DNA of 62,680 nt, the filler included, from Chrysochromulina tobinii (Eukaryota), in NCBI GenBank assembly GCA_001275005.1. It is 5 parts of 5 records of this genome, joined end to end, with 100 filler letters (N's around TTAATTAATTAA, not from the genome) between each part and the next. Parts side by side here need not be neighbours in the genome. Positions count along the whole stretch, not along the records: positions 1 to 19,746 come from JWZX01001060.1; 4 more parts are not named here. One strand, written 5' to 3'. A program made the translations under genes and the position numbers. The stretch's first letter is position 1. Each line of letters starts with the position of its first letter. This document shows, piece by piece, positions 1-9,764 of the stretch. A model generated the notes under the pieces. That model worked only from the letters and a program-made list of their open reading frames with translations. It did not search any database and was not told the DNA's origin.

Positions 1-266
1 GGGGGCGCGGGCCGCGCCCCGCCCGCGCCCGGTTCCGCGTAACTAGATCGGTAACACGCGCGCGCCGCGCGATCGAGTCTAACACTAAGGGTCTAGGTAC
101 ATTACTCGACGAGGTCTAGTCACCTCGCCTGCGCGCTGCGCCATAGATTAACGGCTGAGAGCATGAGCTTACAACGATACATGGAGCTGCGTACACGAGC
201 TACCGGCCATGGAGCCACCTGCACCTCGCTCCTCAGGGCCTCCTTGGAAACTCGTCCTGGTGCTTG

Positions 267-1805
267 CTACGGCGCGGCCTCGCGTTCCTTCGCCTCGCTC
301 GGGAACGCTCGGCCGCCATCGACGACCTCAAGTACATCGATCCCCATAAGGGCTCGCGCAGCGCACGCGCGAAGGAAGGCGTCACGCGCTGGCAGCTCGC
401 GCAGTTCGAAGGTGTGTCCGACTGGCCAGCCCTCGAAGGCCTTCATCGGCCGAAGCAGCGCGGGGGGGGTATGGATGTACGCGAGACGGCCAGGGCCGCT
501 CGGTTCCGGATGCGCCTGCGCCACACGCTTGCCGTCATCTGGGCGATCAGACTCAGGGCGGATAAGCTCGAGGCGCACGACCTTACGCAGCCGCGTGCGC
601 GGCCAGAGCGAGAGGGTCGTGATGGGCTCGTGGGGCGCACGGCTCGCGCCCGCCTCGCGCGCAGCCAGCCTCGCCTCGAGTGCGTTCAGCAAGTTCCTCT
701 GCGTCTGCCGGTGGCGGCGCATGCGAGTGCTCAACTCGGCGCGCGCCTCGGCCAGACCAACGGCCGCATGCATCTCCCGCCAGAGCTCGCGCGACTGCTC
801 CCGCCAAACGCCCAGAGCGGCGCTCGGCGCGAAGGAAGCTCCCGCCTCCTCCGCCGCCGCCGCCTCCGCCGCCGCCGCCTCCGCCGCCTCCGCCGCCGCC
901 GGAGCCGTCATGGCCCGTCCAGGCAGCCGCCGCGCCCCGGTAGCTGGCCAGGGGCCGAATGGAAGGGCAAGGCGGAAGCGACGCTCGTCGAAGCACTGTG
1001 CAGCCACGGCGTGCAGCACGTACCCACTCCAGCAATTGTCAGCCGTTGGTACCGCCGTGGTGAGGTGCAGAGAGCACTCGGTGCCTGTGGCTTGCGCTAC
1101 ATGCATGGCGCCACGCGGGATGTAGAGGATCGCGCCGGGCTCGAGCGTGACTTCGAGCTCTGCAGGCCCGAGCGCGCGGGGATCGAGCGGCGGCGCGCCC
1201 TCCTCCTTGCCTGCCTGCTCGTTCGCAAACGGGCGGCACGTGGTGCCGCACGTGCCGCGCGCCCATACGCGCCACCTCTTGCAACCGTGCATCTGTAGCA
1301 CGAGCACGTCTCGGTCGTCGCTGTGCGGCGGCGCCGTCTGCGACTCGGGCGGCGTAAGGTATAGGTTCGCGTACGCATGGCGGAAGGTGCGGCCCAACTC
1401 GCAGCAGAGCTCGTTGATGCGTGGCCATAGCTTGTCGACATGGTTGATGACGACAGAAGCCCCACTCGAAAATGCCGAGTGGGGTGACGCATAAGTGCCC
1501 GTCTTCTTCAGGTCCTCAAATAGGATTATCTCCGCATCTGCGAGCTGCGCTCGCATAAGCAAATTGTCCATGTCGGAAAGGCACAAAATGTCGTCAAACG
1601 GAGTTCCCTCGCTGGCCGCGGAGGGTATGGCGAGCGGCTTCTTGTCCCAGTTGTCCTCGAAGAACTTATCCAGCGCGATATGATGGCCGAAAAGGCGCTC
1701 GAGTGGTGCTCGACGAGGCGAGGGACGTGGAGGTAGCGCTGGCCCAGGTGGCGAGGGTGCTGGAAGCGCACTGGCGGCCCCGCCATGGTCCCCGCCCTTC
1801 GGCAT
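267..1805 (-). CDS. JmjC-domain ribosomal oxygenase-like protein (NO66/RIOX1/ROXA family)
   Basis: 512-aa ATG ORF with FFEDNWDKKPL, ANLYLTPP, HSD...H Fe(II) triad (PHSDDRDVLVLQMHGCKRW; RGAMHVA) and SLHLT, all typical of cupin-4/JmjC oxygenases. Confidence 0.85.
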   Translation of the reverse strand: MPKGGDHGGAASALPAPSPPGPALPPRPSPRRAPLERLFGHHIALDKFFEDNWDKKPLAIPSAASEGTPFDDILCLSDMDNLLMRAQLADAEIILFEDLKKTGTYASPHSAFSSGASVVINHVDKLWPRINELCCELGRTFRHAYANLYLTPPESQTAPPHSDDRDVLVLQMHGCKRWRVWARGTCGTTCRPFANEQAGKEEGAPPLDPRALGPAELEVTLEPGAILYIPRGAMHVAQATGTECSLHLTTAVPTADNCWSGYVLHAVAAQCFDERRFRLALPFGPWPATGARRLPGRAMTAPAAAEAAEAAAAEAAAAEEAGASFAPSAALGVWREQSRELWREMHAAVGLAEARAELSTRMRRHRQTQRNLLNALEARLAAREAGASRAPHEPITTLSLWPRTRLRKVVRLELIRPESDRPDDGKRVAQAHPEPSGPGRLAYIHTPPALLRPMKAFEGWPVGHTFELRELPARDAFLRACAARALMGIDVLEVVDGGRAFPSEAKEREAAP

Positions 1806-2159
1806 TCTAAAGACTCTAAAATACGTGAGCGTGAACGTTCACAATGATCATGCGGCTTGCATGCTCTGCACCAACAACACGCATCCCATGCAAACAAAAC
1901 AACCCGATTGCACGGATCTCTCCCTGCTGTCTCAGCACGCGCCGCTCATCGGTACGCCACACACGCAGGTTTTTGTTGTCTTTTTTCCGCATGTCCCGTG
2001 TGCTCGTCAATCCACCTCAGTCTCTCGCGCGCGAGTTCTTGATCGCTCGGTCGCTCGGTCGGGCCTGTCGCTACGCTCTTGGAAAGTCTGACCGAGCCAG
2101 CTGCCCCACGGTCTCATTTGGGTTCATGCCCTTGCTCGTAGACAGAGACGGCACGCGCC

Positions 2160-3299
2160 TCAGCGACCGCTGAGCAGCTTGGTCTCCGCGTCCTTCTTCG
2201 CCTTGTCGGCAGCGGTCTTCTCCGTCTTCTCCTTGTTGCTCCAGTAGGAGTAGGCGAGCGAGGCAAAGACTGTCACGGTCACGCCCACGCACAGCATTGG
2301 GTCCGTGACATTATCTACGAAGATCGCGGCGCCGGCAAGCAGCACGACCTGCTTGAAGTTGCCGATCATGACAAAGCCTAGGGACGAAGTGAGTTTGATC
2401 GCATAGAATGTGACGGGGCCGTAGACGCCCGCGAGCACGCAGCCCAGGCCCACGTACGCCCAGTTGCGCCACGCAAAGTCGTTTTGGAAGAACGTGGTTT
2501 GGACCCCGGGTTGCATCACCATGTCCGTCACGATCGAGATCGGCAGCAGCACGCAGGTGGCAATCGTCGCGTCGAACCAGGCCATCGAGACGGCGGAGAG
2601 CGCCTTACGGTTCCCCTGCGCCGTGGCGCTGCGCATCAGGTGCGACACCACCACTGGCCGAAGGGCCGTGGCCACCATCGAAAAGATGACCAGGCAGTAG
2701 CCTATCCACTCGGGCGTGTCGGTTTCGGGCACGTGGCCGCCATACGGCACGGTGAGCAGCGTGCCGGCGACGAGCACCGCGACGATGAAGAGGATGGGCA
2801 GAGAATACGTCTTGCCCTCGATGAAGTAAGAGAAGACGAGCGTCGGGAACGGCATCGCCGATTTGAAGATTGTGTTCACCGTCAGCGAAATGGACTCGAA
2901 AGACGCGTTATTGGTCGCAATCGATGTGGCGTAAATGACTGATACGAAGATGAGCCACCCCCAATTCTGCTTGAACAGCTCTGCGACGGGAAAGCGCACG
3001 GACGGTGCGATGAGACACCAGATAGACGTCATGATCACGATCGCGACCTGATTGAGCATCGAGTAGAAGATGGGGATGGGCAAGTGCAAGTGGCCACGCT
3101 CGCCGCCGCCATCCAGATCGTCCCTGCCACCAAGCAGAAAGGCGCTGTAGTAGTTGAGCAACAGGTTGAGGATTAGATACGCCGTGACGACGCACACGGC
3201 TGCCGGATCGGGCATCCAGCCGCCGCAAAAATTTGGGTCTTCCCATCCGGAAGAGCTCGAGGCTTTCGAGCCCAAGCCCTTGCCTTCGAGGCTTCCCAT
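2160..3299 (-). CDS. Triose-phosphate/nucleotide-sugar transporter family (SLC35/DMT) membrane protein
   Basis: 379 aa with about 10 hydrophobic helices; NNASFESISLTVNTIFKSAMP and TSSLGFVMIGNFKQVV motifs. Confidence 0.8.
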   Translation of the reverse strand: MGSLEGKGLGSKASSSSGWEDPNFCGGWMPDPAAVCVVTAYLILNLLLNYYSAFLLGGRDDLDGGGERGHLHLPIPIFYSMLNQVAIVIMTSIWCLIAPSVRFPVAELFKQNWGWLIFVSVIYATSIATNNASFESISLTVNTIFKSAMPFPTLVFSYFIEGKTYSLPILFIVAVLVAGTLLTVPYGGHVPETDTPEWIGYCLVIFSMVATALRPVVVSHLMRSATAQGNRKALSAVSMAWFDATIATCVLLPISIVTDMVMQPGVQTTFFQNDFAWRNWAYVGLGCVLAGVYGPVTFYAIKLTSSLGFVMIGNFKQVVLLAGAAIFVDNVTDPMLCVGVTVTVFASLAYSYWSNKEKTEKTAADKAKKDAETKLLSGR

Positions 3300-3476
3300 A
3301 TTCGCTATCGAGTTTCCTATTTTGGGTCTGAATATCTTTTGTGCAAAAAGGGTTTCCCACTCCCTTGATGGGGCGGATTAAGTCTGTCGGGGCACTGCTC
3401 AGGGACCAGGGAGATACTTCCAGTAGCTTTTGTAGCTTGTAGGCCGGGCGTCGCGGACACCGAGTCACACAAACTC

Positions 3477-4286
3477 TCACCATTCGCTCAGCTTCTCATT
3501 CTGAATGAACGCGCCGGTGGGGCACTGTGCGGCCGGCGTTGCGACGAGGAGCACGGCATTGCGCGCACCGAGGGCTGGCGGCCTCGTGCCTTTGTGGCTG
3601 CTCATGTCGGTGTCACAATAGCCCGGACAGCAGGCGTTCACACGAAGCCCGGGATACTGGCGCGCGAGCACGTTGGTGGCCGCGATGAGCGCCAGCTTGC
3701 TGATCGCATAGTTGCTATTACTCCACCCGTTGGCCTGATGGTTGCCGGCGGCCACATCGGCTTCAAACTTGTCAGCGAGCGAGCGCACGCCATTGAGCGT
3801 CAGCTCAGGCGACGAAAAGGCTGCCTGCAGCAGTGGAGAGACCTGACGCAGCCTGCCCGCCATCGATGCGACGTTCACAATGCGGCCGTCTTCGACGCAG
3901 CTGTTGGTGAGTAGCGGTAGCAACGCCTCGGTGACCTCAAGGGTGCCACGCAGGTTGATGTCGAGAGTCGGCTTCGTCTGCTGCACGAATGGAGTCGGGT
4001 CTGCCGCTTTGAACGCGATCGCCGCATTGTTGACGAGACAATCGACCCGGCCGAAGTTTGATTTGACTGCTTCGGCAAATGCGTGCGTGCTTGCCGTGTT
4101 GCCTACTTCGAGCGGCATGTAGATGCCACCCACCTGCTTGGCTGCCGCCTGCCCTCGGCCAGCATCCCGGCAGGCCATAATAACCGTCCCGAACAAGCCG
4201 CTCTTGACGATTTGCTCGGCGATGTGAAAACCAACGCCCTTATTCGCGCCGGTGACCACCGCGACGCGCTGCGACTTGGCGCTCAT
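3477..4286 (-). CDS. Carbonyl reductase (CBR1-like short-chain dehydrogenase/reductase)
   Basis: TGANKGVG, NNAAI, catalytic YAISK, CCPGYCDTDM. Confidence 0.9.
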   Translation of the reverse strand: MSAKSQRVAVVTGANKGVGFHIAEQIVKSGLFGTVIMACRDAGRGQAAAKQVGGIYMPLEVGNTASTHAFAEAVKSNFGRVDCLVNNAAIAFKAADPTPFVQQTKPTLDINLRGTLEVTEALLPLLTNSCVEDGRIVNVASMAGRLRQVSPLLQAAFSSPELTLNGVRSLADKFEADVAAGNHQANGWSNSNYAISKLALIAATNVLARQYPGLRVNACCPGYCDTDMSSHKGTRPPALGARNAVLLVATPAAQCPTGAFIQNEKLSEW

Positions 4287-4789
4287 GGAACATGGTCAAT
4301 CTCATGGTTTTGCCGGGAGACGGCTTTGTGAGAATGACCGAGCCAACTCAAGTCAAGTCAAGTACACATGTACTCAAATGCCAGTGAGGTTGGTCTCTCC
4401 CAGCACGCAGGGTGTTCCCTGTCGCTTGCTGCCCTACCCCTGGCAATTGACCCCTGGTGCCCTTCACATAATTTCTTGTAATACTTGTTGGCAATCAGGT
4501 GGGGGGGGGAAGCTAGGAGTGGGGGTATTGCTTTGTCATCGACACATACTTAATTTGCCGTCGTTGTCGTGCCGAGCTGTCTGTTTACATGTAGTGTGTT
4601 CATGCACGCACATACTAACAGTACTAATCGTGATACGTAAACATGGGAGCAGCATCAGGAGATCTGGTGAACTGAAGACAAGACACTTCCTCGGCGCGGC
4701 GCTTTTGCGCCGCAGCGTCCGAGTTTTTTTATTTATATGCTCAATATGCAGTTCGAACAGTACTGTACTGTACCGGTTTACCGGTACAT

Positions 4790-5174
4790 AGGATAGACGC
4801 GATCGCCGACGGGAGCGGGGGAACAGTCGCGGGGTTTGCTCAGTCGTCACCGGTAGCGTCGCTGTTGCCCTGTTCCGCGGAGAGTCGTTAGCAGGTTTCT
4901 TCTGTGTCAGATTTGCCTTCTCGCCGAGGAGCTCGGTAACGATGAAGGGCGGTTGGGCCCATGGGCCGGGGCGAAGGTAGCTTCGGCGAGCGAGGAACCA
5001 GGGTGCGCCAGGCGTAGAGGCGTACCCCCGCCACCAGCCGAAGATACGGTGGGGAGCGCCCACACACAAGGGGGGGGGACGGGCATGACCGGAGCTGCGC
5101 TCCTCTGTGTGCCTTTGTGCTTCCGCGTGTCCCGTGTGTCCCGTGTGTGTCCCGGCTCCCCCCGGTGTCTTTTT
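4790..5174. repeat. Probable interspersed repeat copy ending in GTGTCCCGGCTCCCCCCGGTGTCTTTTT (left boundary uncertain)
   Basis: 28 nt at 5147-5174 identical to 8461-8488; related core at 61370-61386; ACCGGTA-like motifs on both flanks. Confidence 0.45.
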
Positions 5175-5353
5175 GCCGGTAGGAGCGCGCAGCGCGCCGT
5201 TTCGCGCGCAGAGTCGTTTCCCCACAAAGGGGAAATTCGCTCGCTGGTCGCGTATCCACCATGCAGAACCAAAGGCCAGCCTACGCTCGGCCCAAGGCTC
5301 CGCGCGGCACACTCAGTTTTTAGTGAAATCCCTTAACGAGCTCACGTACGAGA

Positions 5354-6245
5354 ATGGCTGAGGGAACATCAGCACCAGCTCCGCCTTTGATGGATCGCGC
5401 TGGCGACAGCGCTAAGGCGCTTGGAGCATACGAGTCGCTGCTCGTCAGTCAGACCAGGAAGGGCTGCATTCAGGAGCTTTTGGGTTGTGAGGCCACAAAC
5501 GAATTCAAGATCTATCCGAGCAAGGAGCAGGTGCGCTGCACAAATCCCGATTCCGCTGCACCACCTGCCATTACTTGCCTATATATCCTGTTGATGTTGG
5601 TTCACTGAGCCCGTACCGCGCTTCGCGCAGTCCAATGGGGACTCCATCTTCTACTCGCTGGAGGAGAGCACCTTTTGCTGCCGCTTCTTCTGCAAGAATC
5701 AGCGGGCATTCACGCAAACTGTGTGGAAAGGCACCAAGGACCAGCGCGAATCGGTCATCATGACGATGAAGAAGGAGTGGACGTTGCCGGTGGCACCGTG
5801 CCAGTGTTGCTGCATCCCAGCCATCTCGTACTTTGCTGCGGACGGCAGCCCCATGGGCAGCGCCAGCGTGCCGTGCCATTTCTGCCTGCCCTCGATCTCA
5901 GTTAAGGACCCTTCGGGGAATCAGGAGTATGCCATTCAGATGCCATCGTGCTGCGGCGGCCTGTGCGTCGATGTGTGCGCCGAGGGCCTCTGCAACTTGA
6001 AGATCCCGTTCTACATCTACCCGCCCGGCAAGGGCGCCAAGGGCGAGGAGATCGGCAAGATCATCAAGCTGTGGCGTGGCTTGGGCACCGAAATTTTCAC
6101 GGATGCCTCCTCGTTCCAGGTTGAATTCCCCAAGGGCATCGACGAGACCGCCAAGGCGCGCGTGCTGGGCTCCACGTTCTTCATCAACATGCTCTTCTTT
6201 GAGAAGGGTAACTCTAACGAAGGTCTTGCCGAGATAGCAATTTAA
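5354..6245 (+). CDS. Phospholipid scramblase (PLSCR family), two exons 5354-5530 and 5631-6245, 263 aa
   Basis: Exon 1 ELLGCEATNEFKIY joins in frame to SIFYSLEESTFCCRFFC...GKIIKLWRGLGTEIFTDASSFQVEFP...KARVLG after removing a GT..AG intron. Confidence 0.85.
5531..5630 (+). other. Spliceosomal intron (100 nt)
   Basis: CAG|GTGCGC donor, CTGAG branch-like motif near 5604, GCAG| acceptor; removal restores one continuous scramblase frame. Confidence 0.85.
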
Positions 6246-6541
6246 TGTGAACGTGAACGAAGGTCAGGGCATGTATATTTGAGCGGGGTGAGATGCCCCC
6301 CACATCTGCGTATGATTGTTTCCCAGGCGCAGCGACGCTGTCGGATGAGACCCTGGCTCGGCCAGGACCGGACGGGAGCGTTCCGTGAGTTAAGATGTGT
6401 GTGCGGTGATAGGTACGCGGATCGCGGAGCATATCTGTCAATATGTGTGGGGAAATGGCAAATGCGAGGGGATAGGCGTTCGCTGTAATCGCGAGTCTCC
6501 GACGCGTGTCGCGTGGCTTGCTTCGGTGCCCGCGTGTGTGA

Positions 6542-6742
6542 GCGTGGCCTGCGGGTGTTGACCCGCATGCAGAGGTCTGAGGTGTACTCTGTACATGTCA
6601 GCTGATTGATCCTTAGACTAATCTTTCTCGAACTTGGAACGTTAGAACGCAGCTGCCAGCTCTGTGTGAAACGGCTGTGCGCGTGGCCTGCGGTGTTGAC
6701 CCGCATACAGTGTGCATGCCAGCTGATTGACAGACTAATCTT
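6542..6742. repeat. Two imperfect direct copies of a 60-85 bp unit containing a hairpin
   Basis: GCGTGGCCTGCGG(G)TGTTGACCCGCAT...CATGYCAGCTGATTGA...AGACTAATCTT starting at 6542 and 6681. Confidence 0.7.
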
Positions 6743-6850
6743 GGAGCGCGTGAGGACCGCGACGAAAATGACTGATTGCTTGAATTCACACTGTTGAAAA
6801 GGTCGTGACTTTGCAGCTCTTCGTGCGTGCGAGGGCAACGCTATCGGCCG

Positions 6851-8161
6851 ATGCCGCCAGGTAACTCAACCCCAGGCGATGCCGTCCACGTCCTGCTCGG
6901 AGCCACCAGAATAATAGGCGTCCTATTCACGCTCCGACTCGTACAAATCGTGCTCTCGGCGGCCTGGAACCGTCGCTGGCAGCTTTCAAATGCGGTTCTC
7001 GGCGGCAGCCCGTACGAGCTGCTCAGCCGTGCGTATGAGGCAGAGTCCATAGGCATCCAGCAGGTGGAGGCTGAGGAACACGACCATGACCACGGCCACG
7101 GCGGCCCGCGCGAGGTGGTGATAGTCGATCAGCGTTGGGCAGTCGTCACCGGTGGCAGCCGCGGTATCGGCCGGGCCTTTGTGCGTCTGCTCTCCGACCA
7201 AGGGTTCAGTTTGATCATTCTCGACAGCGACGAGGAGGAGCTGCAGAGCACGGCCTTGCAGGCGCGCCAGCGACTCGAGCGCGGCTGGCACGGCGGCGTG
7301 TGGCGACGCACACGCGAGGCGCCGACCGTCACCGTGATCACATGCGACGCAGCCCATGTGGACGTTTGTGTACGAAAAGTCGAGGAGGCGATCGGTGCCG
7401 TGCCGGCGGGCGGTCTGCGGCTGCTCGTCAACAACGTGGGGCAGAGTACGCTCGCGCCCGCGCTGCTCACGCACCACTCGGCCGCCGAGATCACGCGCCT
7501 CGTCCACACGAATGCCCTCTTCGCAATGCAGCTGACGCGGGCGCTTTGGCCGCGGCTGGTCGCACCCCCAGAGGGGAGGCGGGCTGGCGTTCTATTCGTC
7601 GCCGCGCGCGCAGCGTACCAGCCGGCGCCTCTCGCATCCGTGTATGCGGCGACCAAGAGCGCGCTTGCCGCCTTCGCTTGCGCCCTACGCGCCGAGGCGA
7701 CGGGGCTCGGGCTCCGGCTTGACGTCCTTTGTGTCACCCCCGGTCGCGTGCGGGCGGGCGTCACACCTCGCTGGGTGGGAACACCTGCTGGCCTTGCGGA
7801 GCCCGACGACGTGGCGCGCGCCGCGCTGCTGCTGCTCGAGACCGCGGGCAACGCCACCCTCGCACCGCTGCTGCGCGAGGCGCTCGCCGACGCCATTTCG
7901 CGCCATATGCCCGAGACAGCGTTCGCGCGCCGCTCCTTCAGCGCATGCATGTCAAGGCGCGAGGCGGCCCTAAAATGGGACTCGGAGGCTCGGTGCTGCC
8001 TGTGCCTGCAGCCGTATGCGGCCCGTGGCGGTCGTCGCGCGCTCGTGCCCTGCGCGCACGTGGTGTGCAGCCGGTGCGCGCAGGACGCGATTCACGGCGC
8101 GTGCCCTACGTGCCGAGCCAGCGTCGCGATGCACACCAAGATGGAGGACCACGTCGAGTGA
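6851..8161 (+). CDS. Membrane-anchored SDR (17beta-HSD12/KCR-like) fused to a C-terminal C3HC4 RING finger
   Basis: N-terminal hydrophobic segment, VTGGSRGIG, LVNNVG, YAATK; then CCLC...CAHVVCSRC...CPTCR; first ATG at 6851. Confidence 0.75.
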   Translation: MPPGNSTPGDAVHVLLGATRIIGVLFTLRLVQIVLSAAWNRRWQLSNAVLGGSPYELLSRAYEAESIGIQQVEAEEHDHDHGHGGPREVVIVDQRWAVVTGGSRGIGRAFVRLLSDQGFSLIILDSDEEELQSTALQARQRLERGWHGGVWRRTREAPTVTVITCDAAHVDVCVRKVEEAIGAVPAGGLRLLVNNVGQSTLAPALLTHHSAAEITRLVHTNALFAMQLTRALWPRLVAPPEGRRAGVLFVAARAAYQPAPLASVYAATKSALAAFACALRAEATGLGLRLDVLCVTPGRVRAGVTPRWVGTPAGLAEPDDVARAALLLLETAGNATLAPLLREALADAISRHMPETAFARRSFSACMSRREAALKWDSEARCCLCLQPYAARGGRRALVPCAHVVCSRCAQDAIHGACPTCRASVAMHTKMEDHVE

Positions 8162-8460
8162 TGCAGTGTGTTTGCTCAACGCAAGCCGGGTGTATTGCTA
8201 TTGGTATTCGCGTGCATGTTGACGGTCACACTAACGACTTTTAACACAGTCAATGTCTAAAATCGACACCCCACGCAAGACACCGGACGTGCTGGGGTGA
8301 ACGGGCCGGTGTCGCAGTCGTTGACCCTCAAGCTACGTGGGAGTGGTCTACTATTTTTCATGTTTATTAGGCCCCAACCCTACACCTGTTTGGGAATTGA
8401 ATGGGTGACGAATTATATACGGTACGGATGCGGTTACCGGTACTGTACCGGTATATGTGA

Positions 8461-8488
8461 GTGTCCCGGCTCCCCCCGGTGTCTTTTT
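8461..8488. repeat. Short copy of the dispersed repeat end, with degenerate flanking direct repeats
   Basis: Identical to 5147-5174; flanks TACCGGTACTGTACCGGTA (8435-8453) and TACCGCGTACTATACCGGCA (8488-8507). Confidence 0.55.
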
Positions 8489-8531
8489 ACCGCGTACTAT
8501 ACCGGCAGCGTGTTCCATTTCGTCAATTTTG

Positions 8532-9755
8532 ATGGAGGTTCCAAGGACGGCGGTGTGCCCGTCCTGCGCCCGCTGGGTCCACCGCTGTGCTTGCCCAAAC
8601 CGCGACATCGTGCACCGCACGTCCTCCGTCGCATACCTCGTGCGTGCGGTAGATGAGGGCTGGTCGCCCGCGATATCTCGTCGAATACTGCGGACGGCAC
8701 ACCGATGGGTGCGGCGTTGCTTTTCTGCTTGGACTGGCTACACGTTGCACGCCAAGCGCAGTGCGGTGCTCGCGGCCCAGGACGCGCTGAGCCGTATGCA
8801 AAGAATGTATGCAGACGCTGCATTCGTCGAGGCGCGCGCGTTCACCGAGTACATGGTGTTGTGCCGTGCGATTGCAAACTGTGAGGACGAGGTGCGAGAG
8901 GCGCGCCGATATTGTGGGCTCGATCGTCCGCGGGCCCGGTCGCTCATACCGGGCGAGCTCGCGGTCTCAGCGCACAACGAGTGGCGCCGCACGCGGCCGC
9001 TGCTCGCCGCGCCCTGCGAGTCGATCTCACCGCACGGAGCTTCGGCCCATCGGGCCCGTTGGGCACTCACGCCGGATTGCTCGGCGGGGGCAACGGCGGG
9101 CACGATGGCCGCCGAGCCGGGCGGCTCGTCGGTCGTGGCCATCCGTCCTGTGCGCCAGTGGCTGAGCGCGGGTGCGGTCTCGTGGAAGACGCCCGACACG
9201 ATGCTTGGCGCCCGCTCGCGCGACCGCGGACCTGCCTTCGAGGAGATTGAGGAGATCGAGCGCCGTGCCGAGCGTAACGTGGCGGGTGAGGGAGCGCGCG
9301 ACGGCTCGAGGCGCCGTGCCGAGTGTGTGCTTGAGGACGCGCAGCTCGAGGCGACGGGTGGGCAGCAGCAGGCGGTCGAGGAGGTGGTACGGCTCAAAGC
9401 AGCGCTCGACGCTGAGCACCTCGCGCATGCGAGTGCACGGGCTCAGTGGGAGCAGCAGAGCGCTGCCCTGAGCGCCACGTGGCAGGAGCGCCTCGACCAC
9501 TTGGCGGCCGAGCTGGGCACCGAGCGCAGGCAGAGCGCCGCCCTGAGCGCTGCATGGAAAGAGCGCCTCGATAGCGTAGCTTACAACGGTGCTACGGCAC
9601 AGGCGCGCGCGCTCTCCCTATTGGAAGGTCTGAGGACAGCGGACGCCGAGCTGGGCGCCGAGCGCTGCCGCGTGGCGGAGCTCGATACGGCGCTTCAGGC
9701 CAGCCGGCTGGAGCTAACGAGCTCTCAAGCGCAGGCGCAGCAACTGGCGCATTAG
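8532..9755 (+). CDS. Hypothetical coiled-coil protein; probably the 5' part of the downstream kinase gene (same frame, one TAG between)
   Basis: First ATG at 8532; coiled-coil character runs up to TAG 9753-9755 and resumes immediately after in the same frame. Confidence 0.5.
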   Translation: MEVPRTAVCPSCARWVHRCACPNRDIVHRTSSVAYLVRAVDEGWSPAISRRILRTAHRWVRRCFSAWTGYTLHAKRSAVLAAQDALSRMQRMYADAAFVEARAFTEYMVLCRAIANCEDEVREARRYCGLDRPRARSLIPGELAVSAHNEWRRTRPLLAAPCESISPHGASAHRARWALTPDCSAGATAGTMAAEPGGSSVVAIRPVRQWLSAGAVSWKTPDTMLGARSRDRGPAFEEIEEIERRAERNVAGEGARDGSRRRAECVLEDAQLEATGGQQQAVEEVVRLKAALDAEHLAHASARAQWEQQSAALSATWQERLDHLAAELGTERRQSAALSAAWKERLDSVAYNGATAQARALSLLEGLRTADAELGAERCRVAELDTALQASRLELTSSQAQAQQLAH

Positions 9756-9764
9756 CTGGCGGCG

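Noticed and set aside
163..1298. Long overlapping or antisense ORFs here and throughout (e.g. 13467-14378, 18191-19258, 51500-52408)
   Set aside because: Shadow ORFs from high GC and codon bias opposite recognisable genes; no motifs
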